64,000 nucleotides of DNA, taken from contig MU004197.1 of the NCBI GenBank assembly GCA_010093605.1, positions 1,488,707-1,552,706 of the forward strand, written 5' to 3'. This DNA comes from Lophium mytilinum (taxonomy: Eukaryota). Below, piece after piece: positions 25,686 through 36,501 of the stretch. The position numbers were made by a program, and so were the translations under genes. The first letter of the stretch is position 1, and each line of letters begins with the position of its first letter. The notes under the pieces are model-generated. The model did no database searches. It saw only the letters and a program-made list of their open reading frames with translations, and was not told the DNA's origin.

Positions 25686-27396
25686 ATGGAGTACGATACA
25701 AAGACGCGTATGTGGTAGTATTCTAGATACTATGTAGAGTCTAATTAGCTTCCAGCGCCATATCACACCTCCAACAAGACCTCTTTCGCCTACTTCTCCG
25801 CCCGCGACCGATGGCCCGTCATAATTGTGAGGCGCCTCAAATGTCATCAAAGTCGCGTCAGAGCGCTAATATTAAGCAGACGCAAGCCATTGACGATGTG
25901 TATCGCGCAACGACTGCTGCCACGGACCCCGATACCGTGACTGAAGGCAAAGGGCTGATAAATGCGCTGGCGAAGCTCAAGCATGAGCTGCAGCATGACC
26001 GTCTTTTGACGTACGTCGCGCTTTACAATCTTCTATGAGTACTCTAACTAGGATATAGTCCTCTTCCGGATGATGGGTACTCGGATATTGTAAGCTATAA
26101 CAAAGAGCTCGCCGCTCTCGAGAATCCCACCTGGTTCAACGTCCCCTGGCTATTCTCCGAATGCTACCTATACAGGCATGTCTCTTGGAGCTCTCCTGAC
26201 AGCATTGAATATAGCTAAATAGCACAAGACAGGCGCATGAGTACCCTCTTTGCCCTTTCTAGGAAATGGAAGTCTTACGACATCTTCGCGCGACAGAAAC
26301 TCTCCACCTTCAAATCTTCCCGCCCTGCCGTCGTTGAGTTGGCAACGCACTACAGAGATATCGTCGCGAAGCTGGGGACAGGAAACAATCTCGCAGGGGA
26401 AGAATTGGAAGCGGCGGAGAAGGTGCTGTTCATGGAGATGTGCGAGATCTGCTTGTGGGGTAATGCAACGGACCTATCCCTCCTGACGAATCTCTCGTAC
26501 GAAGACATCCAGAAGCTTCAGGGATCTTCCGCGCGGAAAGATGCCCAGGCGAACATCGTTGCCAACGATCTGAATGCCGCATTTGCCATTCTTCGAGACG
26601 CGCAGAAGAAGGACAAAAACGCTGAACGACGCGTTGACATTGTTCTGGACAACGCTGGCTTCGAGCTCTATGTTGACCTTATCCTAGCCGGCTACCTTCT
26701 CTCTTCCGGACTTGCAACCACTGTTATCTTGCATCCAAAATCGATTCCCTGGTTCGTATCGGATGTGTTGCCCAAGGACTTCCAAGACATCATCCAGGCG
26801 GTGCAAGATCCGCAGCGACTGTACGCGCCCACGGCCGATGACGACGACAACTACCGCAACACCTACAAGCCGCTACCGGCGAAGGAGAAGGAGGACATCG
26901 AGTTCTTATTCCAGAACTGGACTAGCCATGTTGCCGAGGGCCGTCTCCTCATTCGCCCAAATCGCTTCTGGACTGAGGGCGGGAGCTTCTGGCGACTTCC
27001 GACGTCTGACCCTAGCTTGTTTGAGGACTTGAAGGAGAGCGAACTCGTTATCTTTAAAGGTGATCTCAATTACAGGAAGTTGACAGGTGATGTAAGCGCC
27101 CACCATATACTACCCTACCGCTTTCTCATTGTAAAAATACTGACACTGACCCAAACAACTAGGCTGCGTGGGACCCCACAACCCCGTTCCCTACTGCCAT
27201 CGGCCCTCTAGGCCCTGGCTCTGGAATGCGCACTCTAGCTTTGCGCACTTGTAAGGCCGATGTCGTGGTCGGGCTACCAGAGGGCGAAGATGAGCGCTTG
27301 CGGAACATGGAAGGCGGTGGCGGCGACAGTGGAGCGCGAAAGTGGGCGTGGAGCGGTAAGTGGGCTGTTGTGCAGCTTTGCGATGGCAAGGCTTAG
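25686..27396 (+). CDS. ARMT1-like / DUF89 damage-control metal-dependent phosphatase
   Basis: RWPVI, WFNVPWLFSECY, LWGNATDLSLL, DIVLDNAGFELYVD, PWFVSDV, IFKGDLNYRKL, LRTCKADVVVGL, WSGKWAVVQ; several GT-AG introns; TAG at 27394-27396. Confidence 0.93.
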
Positions 27397-27827
27397 TGCA
27401 GGCAAAATGAGGTCAAAGTGAACCCCCCGGGGCGCCTTGATCATGAGAAAAGGTGTAGAAAATAGATAGACATAGACGGTCAGAATGTAGGTTCGTGTCT
27501 TCATATTTATAATTCCGTGTTCAAATCTCAACGTCAAAATCCCCAAGTCTGGATCAAAACCGTTTGGAAAAGAGATAGGTTGAATATGCCCAGGGTTGCT
27601 CCAAGAGCTTTTCAGGGCATGCAATTTCCGTCTCTTTCGCACTCAATCTCTAGGCTTCGTTCCGTGACATTTTTAGACTTTTACCTCCCATACTCTGGAG
27701 TGGCTTCAAAGCATTTTTAAACCCTTCGAAAGTCACATCAGTCGCATCTAATATCTGAGTCACGTCAATTATATCACGCACATGAAGAATAACATATCAT
27801 ACTGTTTTGATTTCATTCTATCGACAG

Positions 27828-27960
27828 TCGCTCGCCCGCGACGTCTAGGGTATTGCATGCCCGAAGAAGCCACACAAACCCGTCCATGAACCGATCGCTC
27901 GCCCGCGATACCCAGGGTATTGCATCCCTCTATGGAGACACAAACCCTTTCCCCATCCGT
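27828..27960. repeat. Imperfect ~68-bp tandem duplication downstream of gene A
   Basis: TCGCTCGCCCGCGA...AGGGTATTGCAT...CACAAACCC occurs twice, at 27828 and 27896. Confidence 0.8.
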
Positions 27961-28179
27961 TCATAGACCCACAACGCCAGGGTCCCTATCGCTCATAATC
28001 ATTATATCAAGAAACAAGAACAAAAGGAAAAAAAACATAGGCCGTTAATACCTCCCTCGCAACCAATCTGTGGGAGTAAGTACAAGAACGGAAATAAAAC
28101 TTATCAGCTCGGGCCTCGGCCTCAGCATACGTTCGAAAGAAAAGAAAAGAAGTTCTCGCAACCACACCATATCATACGC

Positions 28180-30519
28180 CTACCACCACTGCCTCACACG
28201 GCGTTGGAGGTTGGAAACCCCCGAGGGCGCCTTGTAGTCCTGCGGTGGCACATACCCCCACGGCACAGCAGCAATCGGCACGACCGGCTCCTCCATCTGC
28301 GGCACGAGACCATATGGCCCCTCTACTGCCTGAACAGGGACGAAGCGTGGCTCCTCCATCGCCTGAATAGGAACGAAGCGTTGTTGCTGCATCTGCGGCA
28401 TAACACCATGGGGCCGCTCCGCCGCCTGATTAGCGACATACTGCCGCTGTCGCTGCACCATCTGCATCCGCTCTACGTACTCGTCCTGCTCAACACCCCA
28501 ATAGAAAGGGTTGGGAGGCGTCGCGGGCGCGGTGACGAAGGGGTCAGGAGGAGTGGGATTGTACGGGTCTGAAAACGGGTGCGCGGTCATCGAGACGGCA
28601 GGGCGCATGGAGCCCCAGCCCGGAGCCTTTACGGCACGTCGGGGAGGTAGTGGAATGCCCGGGATAGTGACGTGAGGGGGGGAGTAGCGGGTAGAGGGAG
28701 TGGGTGGGTTGAGGCGCGAGGGGCGCACGAAGCGTGGCGCGCGGTTTGCGCGGACCTTGGTGGAGGGGCATGGTGTGGGTGGCAGAGAGTCGTAATCCTT
28801 CACCCATCCGACTGGCCCATTGTTCTTCATATTGAGAACAAGTCCGCGCGCTGGTGGGATAGTAAGGCTGTAGGAAGGTGGGTTGGCTGCTCCGCCGACC
28901 GTGGGCTCGTGCGTGATGAAGGGGTCGTCGAGGCCTTCAAGCCCGTGGCTCGCCAAGCTGGGGTCAAAGTACTGGGCTGGAACGGCCTTGGTGGCCTTGA
29001 TTGGAATGGGCTCGCCGGTCTCAGCGTTGGCTGTGGCCTTGGCGGCCTCCTTTGCGACGCGAGCCTTGAACCAGCCCTGGTTATCTAGACGATCGCTGGA
29101 AGACGGCGGGTGGGCCTCGTCATGCGACGCCACGGCCTCGATCCTAGGAAGAACTAGAGCGGGTTCGGCCTCGTCCAGCTCAGCCGGAGCATGAGCCTCC
29201 TCGGCGTTGGAGGAACCATAGAATATGGCAGCGATTTTGGGATCGATATCCCCAATTTCTTTGAGATCGGTTTCCTCAGGCTCGGAGATCGCAATCGCGC
29301 TTAGCCCAAGGATTGAAGACACGTCAGAACAGGCGTCGTCGTCATCATGTGTGTCGTCTTCCGCCTCCTCGTTTCCGGTCATCCACGCTTCGACAACCTC
29401 ATCACAATTCGACGACCTCTTGGGAAGCGCGCCCAGGAACCAGCGCTTCAACGGACGGACGTAGACCTTCTCAGTTCGGTCATCATGCGCAAGAAGCAAC
29501 TCGTTTTGCTCCTCCCAGAGCTCATTGTACCGAGTTTCCCAGCACAAGGCGAGACGTTCGTTTTCTTCATAGTTGTCGGCGAGCATCTGGTCTCGGTCTT
29601 CCTTGAGATCATTCACCTCCTTTTTGAGGCAGGCGATTTCTTCGCGAGCGTCCTTCATCTGGGCACCTCGGATACTATACAACTCCTCTTGGAAACCCAA
29701 TTCGTCTTCGTGATGTTCCTTCCAGAACTTGGTGAGGCGTTGAATCAATTCGTCTCGAGGTTCCTCTTCCTTGAGATCATTCACCTCTTTTTCGAGGCAG
29801 GCCACCTCATCCTGGGCATCGTCCAGCGCTTCAGCCAGAGCGTTCGCGCGGCCCGCATTCATGGCAGCTTCTTCCTGCGCAGTCTTCGCGTTTTGTTGGA
29901 CTTCTGCGAGAAGACGTTGCAGCGCGGTGATTTTGGCATCCTTGGTGGCCGATTCTTCTCGCATCGCGTTGTTGTGTCCGGCGTGAATGATAGCCTCTTC
30001 TTTCTTCTCTTTGGCATTCTGCTCGGCGGCCTTGACAAGGTCGCGCAGGATCTGGACTTCACCTTCGAGCTCGTAGGCGTACGTGGCGTTGTATGCGAAA
30101 GGACGAGACAGCAGCATAGCTACAGCAGATACGGAAGAGGCGGATGAAGGAAGGCGGTGATGGGGAGGGGACCAGAGGCTAGATCGCACCGCGTTCTTCG
30201 ACGAATTGGTGGAGTCCTGGCGGGGGGACGCACCCATGGCTTGAAGCGCCAGCCGAACATCTACAGGATTCTTGGTTAGCCAATGCGGGTTTGTGCTGTC
30301 TATGCAGTTAGAAGGCCACTTACTTCGCTCGGCAATCTTCTCTACTGCCCTGGAATAGATAAGTCCAGTCTGGTCGACGGCGGCTTTGGCAGAAGTCGCA
30401 GTCGTGCCGCTCATATTTGGACTTTTCTTCGGCGATGGGCGAGGACCAGTTTCATACAAGCCGACAGAAGCGAGGTACGCGACTACCTCATCGGGTGGTT
30501 GACGGTTGGCGCTCGACAT
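28180..30519 (-). CDS. Array gene A: orphan, N-terminal helix motif + coiled coil + Pro-rich tail
   Basis: Long ORF; likely start MSSANRQ at 30519; predicted 63-nt intron 30261-30323 (GTAAGT, GCTAAC, TAG); heptad-rich middle; paralogous to B. Confidence 0.8.
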   Translation of the reverse strand: MSSANRQPPDEVVAYLASVGLYETGPRPSPKKSPNMSGTTATSAKAAVDQTGLIYSRAVEKIAERSKWPSNCIDSTNPHWLTKNPVDVRLALQAMGASPRQDSTNSSKNAVRSSLWSPPHHRLPSSASSVSAVAMLLSRPFAYNATYAYELEGEVQILRDLVKAAEQNAKEKKEEAIIHAGHNNAMREESATKDAKITALQRLLAEVQQNAKTAQEEAAMNAGRANALAEALDDAQDEVACLEKEVNDLKEEEPRDELIQRLTKFWKEHHEDELGFQEELYSIRGAQMKDAREEIACLKKEVNDLKEDRDQMLADNYEENERLALCWETRYNELWEEQNELLLAHDDRTEKVYVRPLKRWFLGALPKRSSNCDEVVEAWMTGNEEAEDDTHDDDDACSDVSSILGLSAIAISEPEETDLKEIGDIDPKIAAIFYGSSNAEEAHAPAELDEAEPALVLPRIEAVASHDEAHPPSSSDRLDNQGWFKARVAKEAAKATANAETGEPIPIKATKAVPAQYFDPSLASHGLEGLDDPFITHEPTVGGAANPPSYSLTIPPARGLVLNMKNNGPVGWVKDYDSLPPTPCPSTKVRANRAPRFVRPSRLNPPTPSTRYSPPHVTIPGIPLPPRRAVKAPGWGSMRPAVSMTAHPFSDPYNPTPPDPFVTAPATPPNPFYWGVEQDEYVERMQMVQRQRQYVANQAAERPHGVMPQMQQQRFVPIQAMEEPRFVPVQAVEGPYGLVPQMEEPVVPIAAVPWGYVPPQDYKAPSGVSNLQRRVRQWW

Positions 30520-31369
30520 TGCGTAAGAACGCTGCTCCAAGGTTTGATGAGAGTAGCGGAATGTAATAATGTCGGAAGATAAGAGGGCGGTGGAAGGTTG
30601 TGGTGCAATATCTAAACAACTGTGTGGACGGTGGTGTGTGGGGTGGGCATCCAAGTAGTTGTGTGATGTAGTTGAAAGGTTCAGGGTTTCCCGCAGAAGA
30701 GCTAACTTTATATACACCTGCCAGGTCGAGAGAATTCACTCTCCGGGAGTGGCACGTTTTGTCCGTGATGAAAGTCGCAGTCGCGCCAGGGCGGGTTTAC
30801 TGTTTACTACGTCGTTTTCTTACAAAGCTCTAGGCGCCATTTTGCGGAGGTGAATTCAAGGCGTATAGTACTCGTAGAAAGCACGTTGCTTTATCAATTC
30901 TCCCCTATCACTCTCAATTAGATCACGTACGGGAAGATATGTTGTTCATATACGCATTCATTCAATCTAGTCCATAAGCGAGTCGCTCTTCGGCGACATC
31001 CAAGGTATCGGTACTCGACTTCAGGGGACGAAACCCAAACCCATAGTTCATGCCATACGCCAAAACTCCTGTAATGATTCCCTCGCAGCCATTCTATAGG
31101 ATCTGAAAAAATAAGAAGCAAACGAAATCAAACAAACATCTGCCCATACTACTCCTCTCGTGACAGGAGTAAAAGACGCAAGTTAAGGAGCAAACTGCAA
31201 ATGTTGTCTGCGTGCCAGTGACAAGATGAAGTCTCATGGTTATATCACGCCGCGTCGATACCCCAATACCGCCCGAAGACTAACGGCGCTGAGGCTTACT
31301 TACCAACAAACATTGGTATAACATAGTCATGCTTTTGCGGACTGATACCCCACACCAAGGGTGCTGCAG

Positions 31370-33469
31370 TCACAGGTGCCGCTGCGAAGAAGGTACTGCG
31401 ACGGGTGCAGCAATTGGCGCTGTGATGATGGTGCTCCTTTCGAACCCGATGGGGACACGGTATGGGCTACCAAAGGCGCTGACTTGAACCCGTCCATTTG
31501 CTCGTTGCTTGATCCGCTCTGCTTTTGAGGTCTGGCTACCACGAGAGCTGGTAAATGTGGACACGATGGGTTGACGGTTGCGTGCCCGGCCAAGATTGAT
31601 AGCATAGCTGCTCATTTGATAGGCAGTCTCGAGCCTCTCTACCGACCATGCCTCATCGGTGCGGGATGGTAGTTTTGGAACCATAGGAAGCTCCGAGCGG
31701 TCCGGAGGGTAGGTATCATACCGAGGGGGAAAGGCAGGTGGAGCTGAAGACGGAGATAGAGGAGGAGATGGAGGAGGAGCGGGAACAGGAGAGCAAGGAG
31801 CAGATGGCATGGACATGGCGTCGATATACGCGTTCGCGTCATAGAGCTGATCATGCCCAGGCAGCCTGGGGCGGACATGTTCTGCCTCAGCTTGCGCTGC
31901 CTCGCGACGCTCCTTTTCGGAGGCCTCTTCGTCCAGCTTCTCAAAGTGTTCCCTGATAATGTCGGGGACGTCCAGACCTTCAACAATCGGGTTGCGCCAC
32001 TGCCAGAATTGCAAGAGCAACTCGTTTTGCTCCATGATGCCGTTGCGTTCTTTCTGGGTCAATGGAGTCGCTGGACGCATGGGGCCAGTGTATGGGGCGT
32101 CACCTGTCGTCAAGACTTGCACACGGCCGTACTTGGCGACCGGCAGGCAATTTTCGACGGTGTAGCCGATTGGGAGATTGTCATAATTCTCGGTCTCCAA
32201 AAGCTGAACCACCTTCGGTTTCGGAATGACTGGCTCTTGATCTCGGCGCAAGCATTGAACTAAATCCCAATGTGCTCCGGTCGTACGCATGACCTCTGCA
32301 TGGTTGGAGACAACAAGGTTCTCGTTCTCGACCTGAAGGGTAGAGATTTGTTGTCGAAGCTGAGAAATCTCAAGATCTTTCTCGTCGATTTCTTGCTGCA
32401 TAACCGATGTCGCCTTATCATCGCTGATGGGTACACCAGCCAATGCCAGATCTGCACGATCCTTCTGCAACTTGTGTAGGCCCATGAACATCTGATTAGA
32501 CTTCCGAAGGCGTGCGTTCTCCTCGTCCTTCTCCTTCCGGAGCTTCGTCAAATCCTCTTCGAGGCCGCAGATCTCGTTTTGAACGTCTTCAAGTTCATCA
32601 CACTTGGCATTGAAGTGCCCCGCGCTCATGGTGAGTTGATCTTGCAGGTCGGAAATTTGCAGTGAGAATTCCTGGACCTGCCCTCGAAGTATAGCGAGTT
32701 CATTATCTTCCTCGTGCATCTTCTCTTGCATATGACCAATATGCGTGGTGCTGATGACCGCGTGCTCCTCATGCTCGCCCAATGTCTTCTTCAGTACCTC
32801 GAGTTGCTCATGAAGGAGCTGGACCGCTCCGTCCAGCTCGAAGATGTACCACATTGGCACGTCCGCAGGTGCTGAATGGTGGACGTTGCGAGCATGTTGA
32901 TGGTGGCTTTGTTGGTTGTCTGGTGGTGAATGTCCAGATCCGACGCCAGGGTCATGAGGTCGGCCCTGGTGGTTCGTGGGTACGTAGCCACGAACACGAG
33001 GATATGGCGGAGGGATGGCGACGGCCTCGTACTGGGGCTCGAGGAATAGAGATACAGACGAGGCCGACGACGGAGCGCACTGAACCGAGGACGAATTGGA
33101 ATCGGTCGCCACCGGGGAGGATCCGGTAGAGGATTGGATATAGATCGTATAGTTCGCCCCGTTCAAGATTGGCTCTAGGTCTGGATGATTGTCAGCGGAA
33201 GCGCGATCTGCACGATTATGAGGCGACCTACACTTCCTAGCTTCTTCGGCCACGGACTCTTTGTACATCTTTGCAGTGGCTTGGACGGCCGCGGCGGAGA
33301 GACCGCTATCACCTCCTATCGTTGGGTGATGCTGGCGCTGGCGCTGACGACCTCCTACAAGCTGTGAGACAAAGCGGCAATCAATGTTTCGTCCACGAGT
33401 TGACTTACTGAAGGCATCTGCAACGGGCTGGGAAGCCGCACGGCGATCAGCAGCATGGGAACGCGACAT
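31370..33469 (-). CDS. Array gene B: orphan, N-terminal helix motif + coiled coil + Pro-rich tail
   Basis: 699-aa ORF; predicted 51-nt intron 33181-33231 (GTAGGT, GCTGAC, CAG); shares ELxGxVQ, AGxxNA and EQNELLL with A. Confidence 0.8.
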   Translation of the reverse strand: MSRSHAADRRAASQPVADAFSKSTRGRNIDCRFVSQLVGGRQRQRQHHPTIGGDSGLSAAAVQATAKMYKESVAEEARKCRSPHNRADRASADNHPDLEPILNGANYTIYIQSSTGSSPVATDSNSSSVQCAPSSASSVSLFLEPQYEAVAIPPPYPRVRGYVPTNHQGRPHDPGVGSGHSPPDNQQSHHQHARNVHHSAPADVPMWYIFELDGAVQLLHEQLEVLKKTLGEHEEHAVISTTHIGHMQEKMHEEDNELAILRGQVQEFSLQISDLQDQLTMSAGHFNAKCDELEDVQNEICGLEEDLTKLRKEKDEENARLRKSNQMFMGLHKLQKDRADLALAGVPISDDKATSVMQQEIDEKDLEISQLRQQISTLQVENENLVVSNHAEVMRTTGAHWDLVQCLRRDQEPVIPKPKVVQLLETENYDNLPIGYTVENCLPVAKYGRVQVLTTGDAPYTGPMRPATPLTQKERNGIMEQNELLLQFWQWRNPIVEGLDVPDIIREHFEKLDEEASEKERREAAQAEAEHVRPRLPGHDQLYDANAYIDAMSMPSAPCSPVPAPPPSPPLSPSSAPPAFPPRYDTYPPDRSELPMVPKLPSRTDEAWSVERLETAYQMSSYAINLGRARNRQPIVSTFTSSRGSQTSKAERIKQRANGRVQVSAFGSPYRVPIGFERSTIITAPIAAPVAVPSSQRHL

Positions 33470-35216
33470 CTTGACGTGAGCTATTCTGCGGGTTGGTAGT
33501 GCTGCGATCTAAAATGCTGGAAGGATGAGGTGTTGGGGTTGGTGATGACTGTGTTGGGATACACAAACAACAGTGGGTGGTTGAAGTGGTTGTGAGTGTG
33601 ATGGAGCCTCGAAGTCCTGCCTCGGGCGTGCGAAATATATTTCCTGCCAGCCCGAGTGAATCCACCTTTGCTGATGATTGTCAAGCGTTTCACGTGATGG
33701 AATACCGGCCCTCTGTCCTCACATACGCAACATTGTTCAAGGATATGATGGGAATTGTTTAGATATATCCCCAAAGTGGCTCGAATATACAGCCATAATT
33801 GTTCAGGCATGATGGACGATCTGTCCAGCGTCCGTATTATGTTACCTTAGCGGGCAGATTCTTTGGACGACTCCCTCTGATACTATACTGTTAAACTTCT
33901 TACTCTCAGTCTAAGACATCTTCTGGGCTCCATAATCCACGCTCAGCGTGACGGTAGGTACTTTTACATGCTTTTGCGACTGTCCAAGCCCCAATTGATA
34001 CATCTAATGTATAGATTAAGATGATTGAGTTCAAGTAAGATTAAGTAGTGATGTTGCCTTCGTGTGAACAGGTGTCATGCACTACCATGACTGAACAATG
34101 AAAGTCCTACTGCGCCTGCATCTCTCAAAACTGTTTATCTACGTATCTTTCCATATCACAAACTTATGATACATTGTGTGAATTATTGGCAACCCAAGTG
34201 TCGTGATGTGGAGTATAAACGTATCACTTTGAGACTCAATCTGTAGTGGAGCAGGCCAGCGCCCACAAAGGACTGCAAGCGTACTTGACGAGATCAGAAA
34301 AGGATAGACAGGCTGCAGCGATTGTTCTGTGTGAATTGCATCAAGCTGTCTACTAAGTAGATTAAAAAGAGCAAAGGTAAAAGAAGAGCGAAGGCAAAAT
34401 AAGGACGAAGACGGACAGGACATCCATCAATCTGCGTAACAGAGCGTAAATCAAGGCATACTTGCTTCTAACCATGTGCTAAGCCCGCGCATTCATACGA
34501 GTTTGGGCATCAAATAGGTAACTGTTTTAATGATTGTCTTTCCTAATGCTACCAGCTACTGTATGTATGTAGTATAAACGCCCTGAGAATCGCCGGCCTC
34601 TATGTTGCAAGAGTAACGTTCGCCATACGTGCCGGAAATCTTAGCGTCAACCATGTTACTAACAGCGTCAAAAGTTACTATAGCTACTGCCCCTGGATAC
34701 TTTGCAGGGATCGTGCACGTGATGTATACATTTGCTGTAAGAACCCGTTCCAGCAATAGATCAAGCGAATGGTAGGCCTGCCTGGGGTTTCTCCTTAGTG
34801 TATGTAGGTCGGCCAGATTCTTTTAAAGGGTCGTCAGATCTTATCGTCGTAGTTCATGCATCACGTGACTATTAATATCACACCTGTTTGATTATGATTA
34901 TCAACCTGTCCTTAGGTTTTGGGGCTATAGCATAGAGCCTCTCTTAAGTTTAAAAATAACTCAACGTTTGAAACTGTAAAGCACGAGGAAACCAGCGTGC
35001 CGAAGTTATCCGGTAGATGAACAATGAGTCATTGTCAAAATAATTTAGGTCTAGTGGTTCCCGCGGTTGGGATAGGTTCGCTCAACACTTTATTAATGGG
35101 GGCCAAGTCAGCTTAGTCAGATGCTAATCTGGACGTACTTATAGCCAGCCAGTTACTCACTTCTCAAAGTCTCATTCATGAAACGCTTCTAACACTACCG
35201 AAACTACTCTATAAAA

Positions 35217-35752
35217 ATGGCTGTCGGCGGCTGTTTCTGCGGGCACGTTCGAGTCGAATATAATGGTCAACCTCTGACATCGGCTAGTAAACCCCGGGAT
35301 TCAGTGCTTCGGTGAACTTACCTAATTTGATTTTCCTTCAGGTACTCTGCCACTGTCACGATTGTCGTAAGCTTACCGGGTCACCCTACACGTACAACTT
35401 CGTCGTCAAAACCGCAGATCTAAAGATCTCCGGAAGTCCGAAAGAAGTGCCAAAAACAGCGGACAGTGGAAATCCTATCAAGAACTATTTCTGTCCTGAC
35501 TGTGGTTAGTATTACCAGATTGAACTTGAGAAGGAAGTTTTGACGAAATTGCTAGGCACGCCGCTTTTTGGACACAAGATCAAATCTGACGGAGAACCTG
35601 ACGATACTACGGTCGTCCGAGCAGGAATATTTGATGACGACGGGATTTTGAATGAACGGAAACCTGAGGCAGAGATTTACACTGATAGACGACTGGAGTG
35701 GTTAAGTCCCGTCGAGGGGGCTGCGCAAATTATCGGTTATCCGCAAACTTGA
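35217..35752 (+). CDS. GFA / Mss4-like zinc-binding protein
   Basis: GGCFCGHVR, LCHCHDCRK, YFCPDCGTPLF, PEAEIYT..RLEW; two introns, the first apparently GC-AG (35283-35341). Confidence 0.88.
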
Positions 35753-36501
35753 CTTAGTGATTGAGTTTGGCACTTGGCGGCATGTCGTTTGGGCTACTGT
35801 TGCATAACATTGAAGACGCGAAGGTGTGATATATCAGGAAGCATGATTGCTCCTGTGATCTGTGAGTTGGAAGGGGCCGAATGGGAGCATGGGAGAAGCG
35901 TGTGTGCATTAGTTTGGTGTTGTTAGTGCACAGAGTCATAGGTTACCGTTTGCCAGCGTTTACTCAGCGGTCTCGAGGCAACATCCCCCGGTGTTTGCTC
36001 TATGTCGAAGAAGTTCAACCTACACTAGATCGATTGTTGATTTCATTCATTCAATTAATTAGCTCTTTTAATCCATTGACCGAGAGAGATATCTCCCTTC
36101 GACTCCAGGATCCAGGACCTGATTGGCAAAAAATCCTAGCGGACGGCAATATATGACCGTAGTTACCTGGAGGTTGTTGCATGAGTTCTGGTTCCTAGAT
36201 CTGTATCGTGTTTCCTAGAAGTCACGTTAGACACTCGTTTCTCAATCACGTTATAAAAGGACGAAGTTAAACGTCTCATGTCATATGACAAATTTGATTA
36301 TCTAGCTACTCGCAAGAGAAAAGAAGGGTATCATAAAGCGATGAAGCCGCCAATCCGCAATCGAGGCCTCTATCGCGCTGGAACAATTCGCCTGAACAAT
36401 GCCGCTCGCACACATTCTACTCGTAGTATAGTAGAACAACAGGAAAAGAAAGAAAAGGGATCGTTCGCTAATCGTGAAAAAACATCATTCGCGCATTAAA
36501 C

